A stretch of DNA of 64,000 bases, taken from positions 1,504,001 to 1,568,000 of the forward strand of contig CP182352.1 in NCBI GenBank assembly GCA_048571215.1, given 5' to 3'. Position 1 is the stretch's first letter, and each line of letters starts with the position of its first letter. A program made the position numbers and the translations under genes. Source of the stretch: Halarcobacter sp. Lineage in GTDB: Bacteria > Campylobacterota > Campylobacteria > Campylobacterales > Arcobacteraceae. Positions 53,032 to 63,143 of this stretch are shown here, one piece after another. Below the pieces are notes generated by a model that ran no database searches, was not told where the DNA came from, and saw nothing but the letters and a program-made list of their open reading frames with translations.

Positions 53032-54832
53032 TTGAGTAAAAATATCAATAATTATAAGAGTAGCACCTATAAACTCAGACTTCTATATATTGACAAAGAT
53101 AATATTACCACTTATCATTCTACAAAAAAATTAAGCAAATATTTCAAAAATGTATTTTTTATAAGTTGTGAAAATGAATTTATAGACAAAATAAAAAAAA
53201 TTGAATTTGATATAATCCTAGTAAATATTGACCTAGAAAATAAAAACATTTTTAAAAAATAAAAAAATAAAAAGTTTTTATCCTAAGGTTCCAATTATTG
53301 TATGTTCAGAAGAGGATGATTCCAAAACTTTAATAAAAGCTATTCAATTAGGTGTTTATGACTATATAAAAAAGCCTTTTAAAAATGATCAAATTAAACA
53401 ACTTACTACTAAACTTGAAAACGAATTTAAAAATTCACAAAAAGAAAATATTCTAAAAGAGTTTGAAAAATTAGTTTTAAAAAGTTCTATTGTTACAAAA
53501 GTAGATTTAAAAGGTGAAATTAAATATGTAAATGATAATTTTTGCCAACTATCTGGTTTCAAAAAAGATGAACTAATTGGCAAACCTTTTACCTCAATTG
53601 TAGATAAAAAAGAAAATATTAAATCTTTGAAATCTATAATAAAAAATCTAAACAACAATAAATTCACTTGGAAGGGTAAGGTAAAAAGTATAAATAAAGA
53701 TGGCAAAAAAGTCTCACTATTTACCACAATGAACCCATTATTTGATAGAAACAAAAATATAATTGGACTTCTTGCAGTTCATATTGATATAACCTTTGAA
53801 GAGAATTTAAAAGAGCATTTTAAAAATCAACTATGTCTTAAAACCTTTAATCTAAACGATGCACTAAAACTTAACAACCAATATGAAATGGCAATCAATA
53901 AAAGCAATATTTTATCAAAAGCAGATACAAATGGAAAAATCACCTATGTAAACGACAAGTTTTGTGAGATATCAGGATATAAAAGAAGTGAACTAATAGG
54001 TAAAGCACACAATATTATAAGACATAAAGATAATAGAAAAGAACTATTTACTGAACTTTGGGCAACTATAAAATCAGGAAAAACTTGGAAAGGTATTATA
54101 AAAAATAAAAAAAAAGATGGAACAGCATATTGGGTTTCAACAACAATCATACCCATAAAAGATAGAAATAACAATATAAAAGAGTTTATTGGTATAAAAC
54201 ATGATTTAACAGAGCTTTTCAGCCTACACAATGAGATAGAAGAGACCCAAAGAGAGATGTTATATAAGATGGGCGAAGTAGGTGAGAGAAGGAGTAAAGA
54301 AACAGGAAACCATGTAAAAAGAGTTGCCCAATACTCAAAAGACTTGGCTTTGCTTTATGGCTTGGATATAAAAGAGTCAAACCTTATATTTTCAGCTTCA
54401 CCCATGCATGATATTGGAAAAGTTGGTATCCCTGATGATATATTAAAAAAACCAGATAAACTCAGTAGTAAAGAGTTTGAAATCATGAAAACCCATGCAG
54501 ATATAGGTTATAAAATATTAAAAAACTCAAAACGTCCCATACTAAAAGTTGCTTCAATCATAGCAAGAGAGCACCATGAGAAATACAATGGTAAAGGTTA
54601 TCCTAGAGGCTTAAAAGGTGAGGATATACATATTTATGGTCGTATAACTGCTATAGCAGATGTGTTTGATGCCTTAGGTTCAAGAAGATATTATAAAGAA
54701 GCATGGCCAGATAAAAAAATATTTGACTTTTTTATCAAACAAAGAGGAGAACATTTTGATCCCCACTTAGTTGATATTTTTATGGATAATATTGAAATAT
54801 TTTTAAAAACTAGAGATAAATTTCAAGACTAA
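53032..54832 (+). pseudogene. REC-PAS-PAS-HD-GYP phosphodiesterase split by a frameshift in an A-tract (real or sequencing error)
   Basis: Receiver begins in 53032-53262 and continues in another frame open from 53237 (YPKVPIIVCS...GVYDYIKKPF), running unbroken into the 53627-54832 ORF with MHDIGK and HHEKYNGKGYP. Confidence 0.8.
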
Positions 54833-54857
54833 ATTAAAAGTCTTAAAATATAAATAG

Positions 54858-56054
54858 CTATTTTAAAATATTTGCAATCTCTTTTATGGCATCTTCATTT
54901 TTAATATTTAGTTTTATTTCAATTCTTCTTGATGCTTCTTTATCTTCATTTAATTTATCATCATAGATTGGGTCAAGATAAGACCTACCACTAGCAACAA
55001 CTAGTTTTCTTAATTTTTCTTTATTCTTAAAATCTAAAGATAATAAAAAATCCATTACCGAAAAAGCTCTTTTTTGAGATAATTCAAGATTATATAAAAA
55101 ACCTCCAACTGAGTTTGTATGACCTTCTATTACAATAGTATCTATATACTTATTTATCTCTTTATTTTCTAAAATTGTTTGAAAATAATCGTATACTGCA
55201 TTTTTTAGAAATATTTTAGAATTTGGTTTTAATTCCGACTTTCCTTCGTCAAATAAGATATTAGAAGATAAAGATAAATTTCCATTTTTAGGGTTTATTT
55301 TTATTTTGTTTCCAAGTTTTTCTTTTAAAAGTGTAATTACTTTTATTTTAATACCTGTTAAGTTTTTGATTTTTGATTTTGTTGATTCTAATTCTTCTAC
55401 TAAGGTATCATGATCTTTTTGAGTATTATTTAGTTTGACTTCAATCACTTTCATCTCATCTTCAAGCTCTTGATTTTTCTTTTTAAATAATTCAATCAAT
55501 TTCTCTTTTTCTAAGCTTTGTTCCACTAATAACTCTAACTCTTTTTTACTCTTAGATGATAGTTTATTGTACTCTTCATCTTTTTGTTTTACAAGCTGAT
55601 TTAAGGAACTAAGTTGTGAGAGTAGTTGTTTTTTTTCTTTGTCTAAATCTTTTAACTTCTCTTCCATTTGTTCTTTTGAAAGGATAAAAAGCTCTAGTTT
55701 ATTTTCTTTTTTCTCTAAAAGATTTTCTTTTTCATCAAGACTTAATTTTAATTGTTCATTTTCTATAATCCTATCTTGAAGCTTTTTTTTGATTTGATTC
55801 AAAGAGTTATTGCTATTATTAAGCTCTGAAATAATATTTTTAAGTTTTTCCTCTTTTTTAAGCAATTCACTTTTATTTTTTTCTAAAGCTAATTTTTCTT
55901 TTTGTAAGGATTTTTCTAATAAAGAACTCTCACTTTGAAGAAGTGAATATTTTACAATTATAGCTCCAATTAAGAGTATAAAAACAAAAAGCAAACCTGC
56001 CATCAAATCTGCATAAGATATCCAAAAATTGGTATTATTATCTCTATTTTCCAT
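54858..56054 (-). CDS. MotB/ZorB-like protein: TM helix, long coiled coil, OmpA-type peptidoglycan-binding domain
   Basis: FWISYADLMAGLL, ILFDEG, IEGHTN, NLELSQKRA, SRRIEI. Confidence 0.85.
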   Translation of the reverse strand: MENRDNNTNFWISYADLMAGLLFVFILLIGAIIVKYSLLQSESSLLEKSLQKEKLALEKNKSELLKKEEKLKNIISELNNSNNSLNQIKKKLQDRIIENEQLKLSLDEKENLLEKKENKLELFILSKEQMEEKLKDLDKEKKQLLSQLSSLNQLVKQKDEEYNKLSSKSKKELELLVEQSLEKEKLIELFKKKNQELEDEMKVIEVKLNNTQKDHDTLVEELESTKSKIKNLTGIKIKVITLLKEKLGNKIKINPKNGNLSLSSNILFDEGKSELKPNSKIFLKNAVYDYFQTILENKEINKYIDTIVIEGHTNSVGGFLYNLELSQKRAFSVMDFLLSLDFKNKEKLRKLVVASGRSYLDPIYDDKLNEDKEASRRIEIKLNIKNEDAIKEIANILK

Positions 56055-57096
56055 TTAATAATTCTTTTCCAAGCTCTTTTAAATCACTAGATACCAGTTC
56101 TAAAGATGATAAAACAGAATATGTTTCTGCTTTTATAGCCTTTTGATTATGATTTTGATTTTCTAAACTTTTCTCAAAACTATTATTTATTTCATCAATA
56201 TTTTTTTTGATTTTATCTAAACTATCTACTATTTTTTTATGTTTTTCTGCACTTTTTTCAAGTATATTATAATAATTTATATAACTATCAGAAATTTTAT
56301 TCTCAAAAGTACTAAAAGATTTATTTATATCTTCTAAATGTTCTAATTTATTTTTTACCAGATCATCCATTTTAAAAATAAAATCCGGTGTTAATAGTGA
56401 TTCTAATTTTTTTGAAAAACTTTCTTTTTGTGATTCTAAGATTTTTGCTATTTCTATCTCATCTTTGGTCCAAATAAACTCTTTATAAGAATCTTTTAAA
56501 AAATTTATTTCACTATCAACTTTGGTTAAACCCCTTTTTTCAAAAAATACCCACCAAATAGATAAAAATATCCCATAAATTGAAGCATAAAATGCTGTGC
56601 CAACTCCACTTAGTAAAAGAGTTATCTCATTTTCTAAAGCTTGTTTTGAATCAACAGTAAAATCAGGCATAGATATTGCAATAGCAGTAAAAGTACCTAA
56701 TATCCCTAAGGTTGGGAAGATAGATGAGGCTATATTTGCAAAATTATCATTTCTTAAATCCCTTAAAAAACTTTTAAAATACTCATCTAAAGAAGCGTAA
56801 GATTTTTTTGTATTATTTAAAGTAAGCTCTTTTGAGTTTAGATAAATATCAATATCGTCTTTTGACTCAAATATTTTATTTTTTAAAATAGAAAAAGTAT
56901 ACCAAGCATTATGTGGTATAAAAAAAAGAAAAATTATAAGAATTAAAAAGATAATTATAAGTGAATGTATCTCAACTTTTAGTGGTATATACTTTATATA
57001 TCCCAATAAAACAAAAATAAAAAGTATAATTGGAACCGAAGCTATAACTAAAAACCGGGGAAAGCTGTTAACTCTCCTACTATTAAATTCAGACAT
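56044..57096 (-). CDS. MotA/TolQ/ExbB (ZorA-like) membrane protein with helical cytoplasmic tail
   Basis: FPTLGILGTF, GVGTAFYASIYGIFLS; overlaps the downstream MotB-like gene. Confidence 0.82.
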   Translation of the reverse strand: MSEFNSRRVNSFPRFLVIASVPIILFIFVLLGYIKYIPLKVEIHSLIIIFLILIIFLFFIPHNAWYTFSILKNKIFESKDDIDIYLNSKELTLNNTKKSYASLDEYFKSFLRDLRNDNFANIASSIFPTLGILGTFTAIAISMPDFTVDSKQALENEITLLLSGVGTAFYASIYGIFLSIWWVFFEKRGLTKVDSEINFLKDSYKEFIWTKDEIEIAKILESQKESFSKKLESLLTPDFIFKMDDLVKNKLEHLEDINKSFSTFENKISDSYINYYNILEKSAEKHKKIVDSLDKIKKNIDEINNSFEKSLENQNHNQKAIKAETYSVLSSLELVSSDLKELGKELLNGK

Positions 57097-57168
57097 AATT
57101 TTCTCCTTAAGTGATTCTTTATTATATATAAATTTTTAACTAAAGAGTAATTATATTGAATAAAAAAT

Positions 57169-58629
57169 TTACGGTCTATAAACTTTTATATTTTTATACC
57201 CCTTAGAATCTATTAAATACTGAGCATGTAATTGACTTAGAATCCCTTTTTCACAATAAAAAAGATACTCTTTATCTTTAGGCAATTTATCAAACTCAGA
57301 TTTTAGTTTAAAAAATGGTATCTTAAGTGTTTCACAACAAGTTTCTATGCAATCATCATTTTGCCTAATATCTATTACAGTATAGTTTCCACTTGAAATA
57401 TCACTTACAACTTCAATTTCCCCTATTTCACTTACATTTGTATCAATCTCATCAACATTGATTGTAATTGCATTTTCAACTGCCTTGTCAAGAACACTAT
57501 AGTCAAACTTTACAGCCTCTTTTTCCATTCTTTCATATGAACCATGGGTTACTGGATTTTTTGAGATAACTCCACAATACTCAGGCATATTTTCAGCAAA
57601 TTTTCTTGTACCAATCTCATTTGCTATATCGATAATTTGAGGTTTATTAAATGTAGCTAGTGGTCTTATAACAAGTTTTCTAGTTACTTGGTCAATTAAT
57701 GCTAAGTTTCTTAAAGTTTGACTTGATACTTGGGCTACACTCTCTCCTGTTAGAAGGGCATCAATTCCCATACTATCAGCTACTTTTTCAGAAGCCATTA
57801 GCATAAGTCTTTTTAAAGTTACTCCCATATAGGATTCATGGGTTGATTTAAAAATCTCAGTTACAACATCATCAAAAGGAACAGAGGTAAAACTTACCCT
57901 ATGTGAAGAACCAAATTTATTCCATAGGTAATAAGCTACTTGTTTAACACCTATTTCGTGAGCTATTCCACCAAGGTTAAAAAATATAAAGTGAGTTTTT
58001 ATTCCCCTTTTCATAGTAAGATAACTTGCAACTGTCGAGTCAAAACCACCAGACATTAGTGATAAAATATCACCTTGAGTTCCCAAAGGAAAACCAGATA
58101 AGCCCCTGTATCTATCTGTAATAATATTTAATTGATTGTTAATTAGCTCAATATTTATAGTAACCTCAGGAGTCCTTAAATCTACCCCCTTAGATTCATT
58201 ATTTGCAAGCATATATCCACCAACAGTTTGCTCTATATTTGTAGATTTAAACTCATGGGTTCCTGTTCTTTTAGCCCTAACTACAAAAGTTTTATCTTTT
58301 ATAATTTTTCCCATATATTCATTTACTTTTACTTTTATTTCATCTAAAGTTTTCATATTATCTATTTGAATAGCTTCTAAAATAAGTTCAATCCCTGGAG
58401 TTTCAACAAGTTTTAGTCTAAGTTCAATCACAAACTCAATAGGAGTTACTATCTCTATCTTGTCAAAAAACTTTTTAAGCTTCATATCTGGTGAGATTTT
58501 TCTAGTAAGTTTCTGCAAATTTCCAAAAAGTTGGTCAACCATTTGTCTTTTTGCTTTTGAACCTTTTATCATTATCTCTGGGAAAAATTTAACTATAAAT
58601 TTTTGGGTTTTTACTTCTGTCATTTTCAT
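57169..58629 (-). CDS. thiI: tRNA 4-thiouridine synthase
   Basis: PEIMIKG, THUMP domain, SGGFDS PP-loop, TGESVAQVSSQTL, PEYCG, rhodanese-like tail (FYCEKG). Confidence 0.95.
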   Translation of the reverse strand: MKMTEVKTQKFIVKFFPEIMIKGSKAKRQMVDQLFGNLQKLTRKISPDMKLKKFFDKIEIVTPIEFVIELRLKLVETPGIELILEAIQIDNMKTLDEIKVKVNEYMGKIIKDKTFVVRAKRTGTHEFKSTNIEQTVGGYMLANNESKGVDLRTPEVTINIELINNQLNIITDRYRGLSGFPLGTQGDILSLMSGGFDSTVASYLTMKRGIKTHFIFFNLGGIAHEIGVKQVAYYLWNKFGSSHRVSFTSVPFDDVVTEIFKSTHESYMGVTLKRLMLMASEKVADSMGIDALLTGESVAQVSSQTLRNLALIDQVTRKLVIRPLATFNKPQIIDIANEIGTRKFAENMPEYCGVISKNPVTHGSYERMEKEAVKFDYSVLDKAVENAITINVDEIDTNVSEIGEIEVVSDISSGNYTVIDIRQNDDCIETCCETLKIPFFKLKSEFDKLPKDKEYLFYCEKGILSQLHAQYLIDSKGYKNIKVYRP

Positions 58630-58788
58630 TCTTTTTTTGTATCATTTTTTGTGGGCGCAATTATAGCATAAGTGGATTAAATGACAAAAAAATATTCAAA
58701 AAACTTCCAACTTCAATAAAATCAACATTAAAATACAATAACTTTAAAATATCATAAGATTGTTATACGAAAATGATAAAATAGAAAA

Positions 58789-59001
58789 ATGAATAATTTA
58801 GTTAAAATCAAAAACATCTTAAATCACCATAAATGTAAATGTTATGAAATAGATCAATTAAATAAAAAACTTATATACCTAAAAGACAACAACTGCTATA
58901 CTCTAAACCCAGTTATTGCTGAGATTACAGGCTATTTAGTTTGCAATAACATAGAATATACCATGACAAAAAAATTAGATATTATTTTAGAAGAATTATA
59001 A
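58789..59001 (+). CDS. Small hypothetical protein
   Basis: 70 aa ORF preceded by extended -10 TGATAAAAT; no recognised motif. Confidence 0.55.
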   Translation: MNNLVKIKNILNHHKCKCYEIDQLNKKLIYLKDNNCYTLNPVIAEITGYLVCNNIEYTMTKKLDIILEEL

Positions 59002-59011
59002 AGGTTTTATT

Positions 59012-60148
59012 ATTAAAAAGAGTGCTATTTTTACGCTTTTACTAATTTCAATGACAACAATGATGTCAAATGTTGCAATAGTTACAACCCTTCCTAGACT
59101 TAAAGAATACTTTTCAACAATAGAAAACATTGAATTTTATTCAAGACTTATGTTAACCCTACCCTCATTGGTTATTGCTTTATTATCTCCATTTATTGGT
59201 CATGCTGTTTATAGATTTGGTAAAAAAAATTCAGCAATATTAGCCTTATTTATTTTTTCATTGACAGGTAGTGCTGGTTTATATCTAGATAAGATAGAGT
59301 ATCTGCTAATTTCACGAGCTTTATTTGGTATCTCTGTTGCAACCCTAATGATAGTTGTGACTTCACTGGTTGGGGACTATTTCAAACAAGAAAAAAGACA
59401 TAAATTTATGGGCTATCAAAGTGCTTTTATGGCTATAGGTGGTGTTGGTTTTGTATTTGGAGGGGGATTTTTATCTGATATAAATTGGCGTTTACCTTTT
59501 GGTATCTATCTAGTTGGGATATTGCTTTTACCTATGGTAATATTTTTTTTAATAGAAAAAAGCAAAGATGATCCTAGTTTAATAGAAGAACAAACCATAC
59601 AAAAAAAGCTTATAGGTATATATGGTTTAGCATTTTTTTATATGCTTATATTTTTTATTTTACCAACACAAATACCATTTTTGATTATAGATACTTTTGG
59701 AGCAAGTGGTAAAATGGCTGGTTCTATTATAGCCCTAGCCTTTTTATCAAATGCCTTTGGAGCAATCACCTTTTCGAAGTTGAAACAAAAATATAGATTT
59801 TCAACCATATATATAATAGCATTAAGTATTATCTCTATGGGATTTATAGGTATTGGTAGTGTAAATAATGTACATCTATTTTACATTACAAGTCCTATTT
59901 TAGGCTTTGGTGGTGGAATTATGATGACAAATGTAACCGCTTGGATGTTAAGTAGAACAAGCTTTGAAAGAAGAGTTAAATCGTCTGGTTACCTAACAAG
60001 TTTCTTATTTATGGGACAGTTCTTTTCACCTATTGTTTTTCATCCTTTTGTTTCTTATCTTGGTGTTCAACACTTTTTTACCTTTATTGGGTGTTGTTTA
60101 GTTATAATTGTTTTACTAATTACCTGTTTTTTATATTTTAGAAAATAA
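59012..60148 (+). CDS. MFS transporter, probable ATT start
   Basis: Multiple TM segments, SLVGDYF...RHKFMGYQ, WRLPF; TM1 (SAIFTLLLISMTTMM) extends upstream of the first ATG at 59051. Confidence 0.85.
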   Translation: MKKSAIFTLLLISMTTMMSNVAIVTTLPRLKEYFSTIENIEFYSRLMLTLPSLVIALLSPFIGHAVYRFGKKNSAILALFIFSLTGSAGLYLDKIEYLLISRALFGISVATLMIVVTSLVGDYFKQEKRHKFMGYQSAFMAIGGVGFVFGGGFLSDINWRLPFGIYLVGILLLPMVIFFLIEKSKDDPSLIEEQTIQKKLIGIYGLAFFYMLIFFILPTQIPFLIIDTFGASGKMAGSIIALAFLSNAFGAITFSKLKQKYRFSTIYIIALSIISMGFIGIGSVNNVHLFYITSPILGFGGGIMMTNVTAWMLSRTSFERRVKSSGYLTSFLFMGQFFSPIVFHPFVSYLGVQHFFTFIGCCLVIIVLLITCFLYFRK

Positions 60149-60200
60149 TTTACATTAATTCTACATAATAGTTTTATATAATCCATAATAAGGATTTATT

Positions 60201-61121
60201 ATGACAGTTTTTTTAACTCTGCTTGGAAAAATCATCCCTTTATATTTTAGTATTATTTTAGGTGTATTTAGTACTGCTATACTTAAATGCGATAAAGAAA
60301 CTGTTGCAAAAATATTACTGTTTTTATTGGCACCTTTGATTATATTTAATGCTACAGTTAATGTAAAACTAAATTTATCTGTTATCTTTTTACCAACTTA
60401 TTTTTTTATTCTAAGCACAATCTTGGCCTTTGTAATTTTATTTTTTGCAAGAAAAATTTATAGTGATAACACTGCAAATCTATTGGCCTTTAGTACTGCA
60501 ACAGGGAACACTGGAAACCTTGGTATTCCTTTAGCTATTATCTTTTTAGAGCCCAAATTAGTAGATGTATTTATCTTCACTGTTTTAGCTTCAATGTTAT
60601 ATCAAAACTCTGTGGGATACTATATAACAGCTAAGGGAAATTTTTCAAGTTTAGAAAGTATAAAAAAAGTTCTAAAACTTCCTGTTATACATGCTTTTCT
60701 CTTAGGTTTAATAGTAAATCTAAATGGTATTGAAATACCTAGTATGTTTCATGATTATTCAGCTTACTTAAAAGGAGCCTACGCAATTTTGGGTATGATG
60801 CTTTTAGGTATGGGTTTAGAAAAAGTAAGAAGTGACAATAGTATAGATATAAAATTTATCTCACTTGCACTATTTATCAAGTTTATTATCTGGCCACTTA
60901 CTACAATAATTTTTATGATTTTAGATAAAAACTTTTTTCATCTTCTAAATGAAAATCTTTATTTAGTTATGTTTATCTTTTCAATTGTTCCACTAGCAGG
61001 AAACACAGTCACAGTTGCAACTATTTTAAATGTAAAACCTCAAAAGATGTCTATAACAGTATTTATCTCTACTGTGGTGTCTTTATTTTATATACCTTAT
61101 ATGTTGTATCTTTTTAACTAA
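60201..61121 (+). CDS. AEC (malate permease/auxin efflux carrier) family transporter
   Basis: GNTGNLGIPL, KLPVIHA, LGMMLLG, KFIIWP. Confidence 0.85.
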   Translation: MTVFLTLLGKIIPLYFSIILGVFSTAILKCDKETVAKILLFLLAPLIIFNATVNVKLNLSVIFLPTYFFILSTILAFVILFFARKIYSDNTANLLAFSTATGNTGNLGIPLAIIFLEPKLVDVFIFTVLASMLYQNSVGYYITAKGNFSSLESIKKVLKLPVIHAFLLGLIVNLNGIEIPSMFHDYSAYLKGAYAILGMMLLGMGLEKVRSDNSIDIKFISLALFIKFIIWPLTTIIFMILDKNFFHLLNENLYLVMFIFSIVPLAGNTVTVATILNVKPQKMSITVFISTVVSLFYIPYMLYLFN

Positions 61122-61174
61122 AATTTTTTATTTTATTTTAGAGACATAAAAAATAAGTATTTTATTATATTTAA

Positions 61175-62056
61175 TTAGACATATTTAACAGGAACATGAT
61201 AGATACCTTTTATTATATGGTTTTCATCCCAAGTATTATTATTTTTAAAAATTATATATGAAGGTATTGTAATTTTTTCATATCCACTACTAGGAAGCCA
61301 ATCATGATATACCCATTGTATAAGTTTTAATAACTCATTATGTGTAAGTTCAATTTCAAATGTGATACATAAACACTCTTGAATTTCCAACATTGGCAAA
61401 TTAGTATCAGCTAAATCTAATCTATTATCATGTGGGACAACACAGGCAACATAATCACAATCTTCCAATGGTGTTATTGTAGGATTGTCATGATAAATTG
61501 CAATTTGTTCATATTCTTCTATTTTATTAGTATAAATCCATGCAATCATTTTTTCCCAAATCTCTTTATATTCTCCTAAATAACCCTTTTGCCTAAGATA
61601 ATATGCCATTCTAGGTTTAACTTTTACTAAACCTCTTTTTAGAGTAAAAAAATCAATACTACAACTTTCAATAATATTTTTATTTAAAATTGCATCTGAA
61701 TATTCTTTATAGCCACCTCTTCTCCAATATTTTGGAGTTTGATTAAATCTTTGTTTAAAAGCTCTAATAAAAGAAGTTTGACAACTATATCCACACATAT
61801 TAGATATTTCTGTTATGGTTGATTGTTTATTTGTAATTAAAATATTAGCAGCTTTTTGTAAACGAACTGATTTTATAGTATTGTATATGGAATTACCCAT
61901 TTGTTCTTTAAATACCCTATGTAGATGAAATTTACTTACTTTTAATTCCTTAGATAAATGATCTAAATTAATATCTGTTTCAATATTATCAAAAATATAA
62001 CACATCAAGTCATTGGCTATTTTACTATGGATTAAATTTGTACTTTTCTTTATCAT
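61175..62056 (-). CDS. AraC-family regulator with GyrI-like effector domain
   Basis: SKFHLHRVFK, RLQKAA, CGYSCQTSFIRAFKQRFNQTP; YHDNPTITP...YVAC, WLPSSGY. Confidence 0.92.
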   Translation of the reverse strand: MIKKSTNLIHSKIANDLMCYIFDNIETDINLDHLSKELKVSKFHLHRVFKEQMGNSIYNTIKSVRLQKAANILITNKQSTITEISNMCGYSCQTSFIRAFKQRFNQTPKYWRRGGYKEYSDAILNKNIIESCSIDFFTLKRGLVKVKPRMAYYLRQKGYLGEYKEIWEKMIAWIYTNKIEEYEQIAIYHDNPTITPLEDCDYVACVVPHDNRLDLADTNLPMLEIQECLCITFEIELTHNELLKLIQWVYHDWLPSSGYEKITIPSYIIFKNNNTWDENHIIKGIYHVPVKYV

Positions 62057-62077
62057 AATAGTATTTTAACAGATAAA

Positions 62078-62114
62078 AGAATATTTTGAGCAAGAAAAGA
62101 GAATTTTTTAAGCA
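62078..62114. promoter_or_regulatory. 15-bp direct repeat with 22-bp period, candidate AraC operator
   Basis: AGAATATTTTGAGCA (62078-62092) and AGAATTTTTTAAGCA (62100-62114) in the divergent intergenic region. Confidence 0.5.
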
Positions 62115-62171
62115 GAATAAGTATAGAAATATTTATTTTTAACTGTTAAAATAAAATCAAAAAGAGAAAAT

Positions 62172-62555
62172 ATGAAAAAGCAAATTCAATACTATGAAGA
62201 TAAATTAAAATACGAAATAGATTCTTGGGATTTAAGTGAAGCATTAAAAAATAAAGAAAAAATAATAGTTATAGATACACGTTCAAATGAAGCATATAAG
62301 TATGAACATATTCCAAGTGCTATAAATATTCCCCATCGAACAATGAGTGAAGAAAGTACAATCTCACTTGATAAAGAATACTTGTATATATGTTATTGTG
62401 ATGGTATTGGATGCAATGCTTCAACTAAAGGTGCATTGAAAATGACAAAATTAGGCTTTAAAACAAAAGAACTATTAGGTGGTATTGATTGGTGGAAAAG
62501 AGATAAACATGAAACTTCAAAAACTGGAATAAAAAATACATCTTGTGGATGTTAA
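62172..62555 (+). CDS. Rhodanese-like domain protein
   Basis: IDTR, HIPSAINIP, YCDGIGCNAS, LLGGIDWW. Confidence 0.9.
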   Translation: MKKQIQYYEDKLKYEIDSWDLSEALKNKEKIIVIDTRSNEAYKYEHIPSAINIPHRTMSEESTISLDKEYLYICYCDGIGCNASTKGALKMTKLGFKTKELLGGIDWWKRDKHETSKTGIKNTSCGC

Positions 62556-62556
62556 A

Positions 62557-63012
62557 ATGAAAAATGAATATATTATTAGAAAAGCTAAAATAAATGATAT
62601 AGAAAGTTTATTGATTTTATTTCAAAAACATGCTGCATTTGAAAAAAGTGATTTTATTTTAGAAAATAAAAAAGAGAAATTAGAAAAATATCTATTTAAT
62701 ACTGATATTCTCAATTGCCTAGTAATTGAAATAAATAATACAATAATAGCTTATGCCACTTATTTTAAACAATTTTCAACCTGGGATGTGGATTTTTATT
62801 TATATTTAGACTGCCTTTTTATAGAGAAAGATTTTAGAAATCTAGGCTTGGGCAAAAAAATTATTGATGTATTAAAAGAAGTAGCAAAAAAACTAAACTG
62901 TAGTTTTATACAATGGCAAACACCTAGTTTTAATGAAAAAGCGATAAAATTTTATAATAAAGTAGGTGCAAAATCTAAAAATAAAGAGAGATTTTTCTTA
63001 GGAGTACTATAA
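62557..63012 (+). CDS. GNAT family N-acetyltransferase
   Basis: IRKA, FSTW, YLDCLFI...FRNLGLGK, NEKAIKFY; ATG 62557 preferred over 62545. Confidence 0.88.
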   Translation: MKNEYIIRKAKINDIESLLILFQKHAAFEKSDFILENKKEKLEKYLFNTDILNCLVIEINNTIIAYATYFKQFSTWDVDFYLYLDCLFIEKDFRNLGLGKKIIDVLKEVAKKLNCSFIQWQTPSFNEKAIKFYNKVGAKSKNKERFFLGVL

Positions 63013-63143
63013 ATTTCTCTTCTATAATTTAAATATTAATCTTACTAGAAAATGTAATTAAATCTATAAAAAGACATTATTTGTATACAAAAAAACCAAA
63101 ATCTAATATACACTGATAACAAGATAAAAAATAAAGAGTTAAA

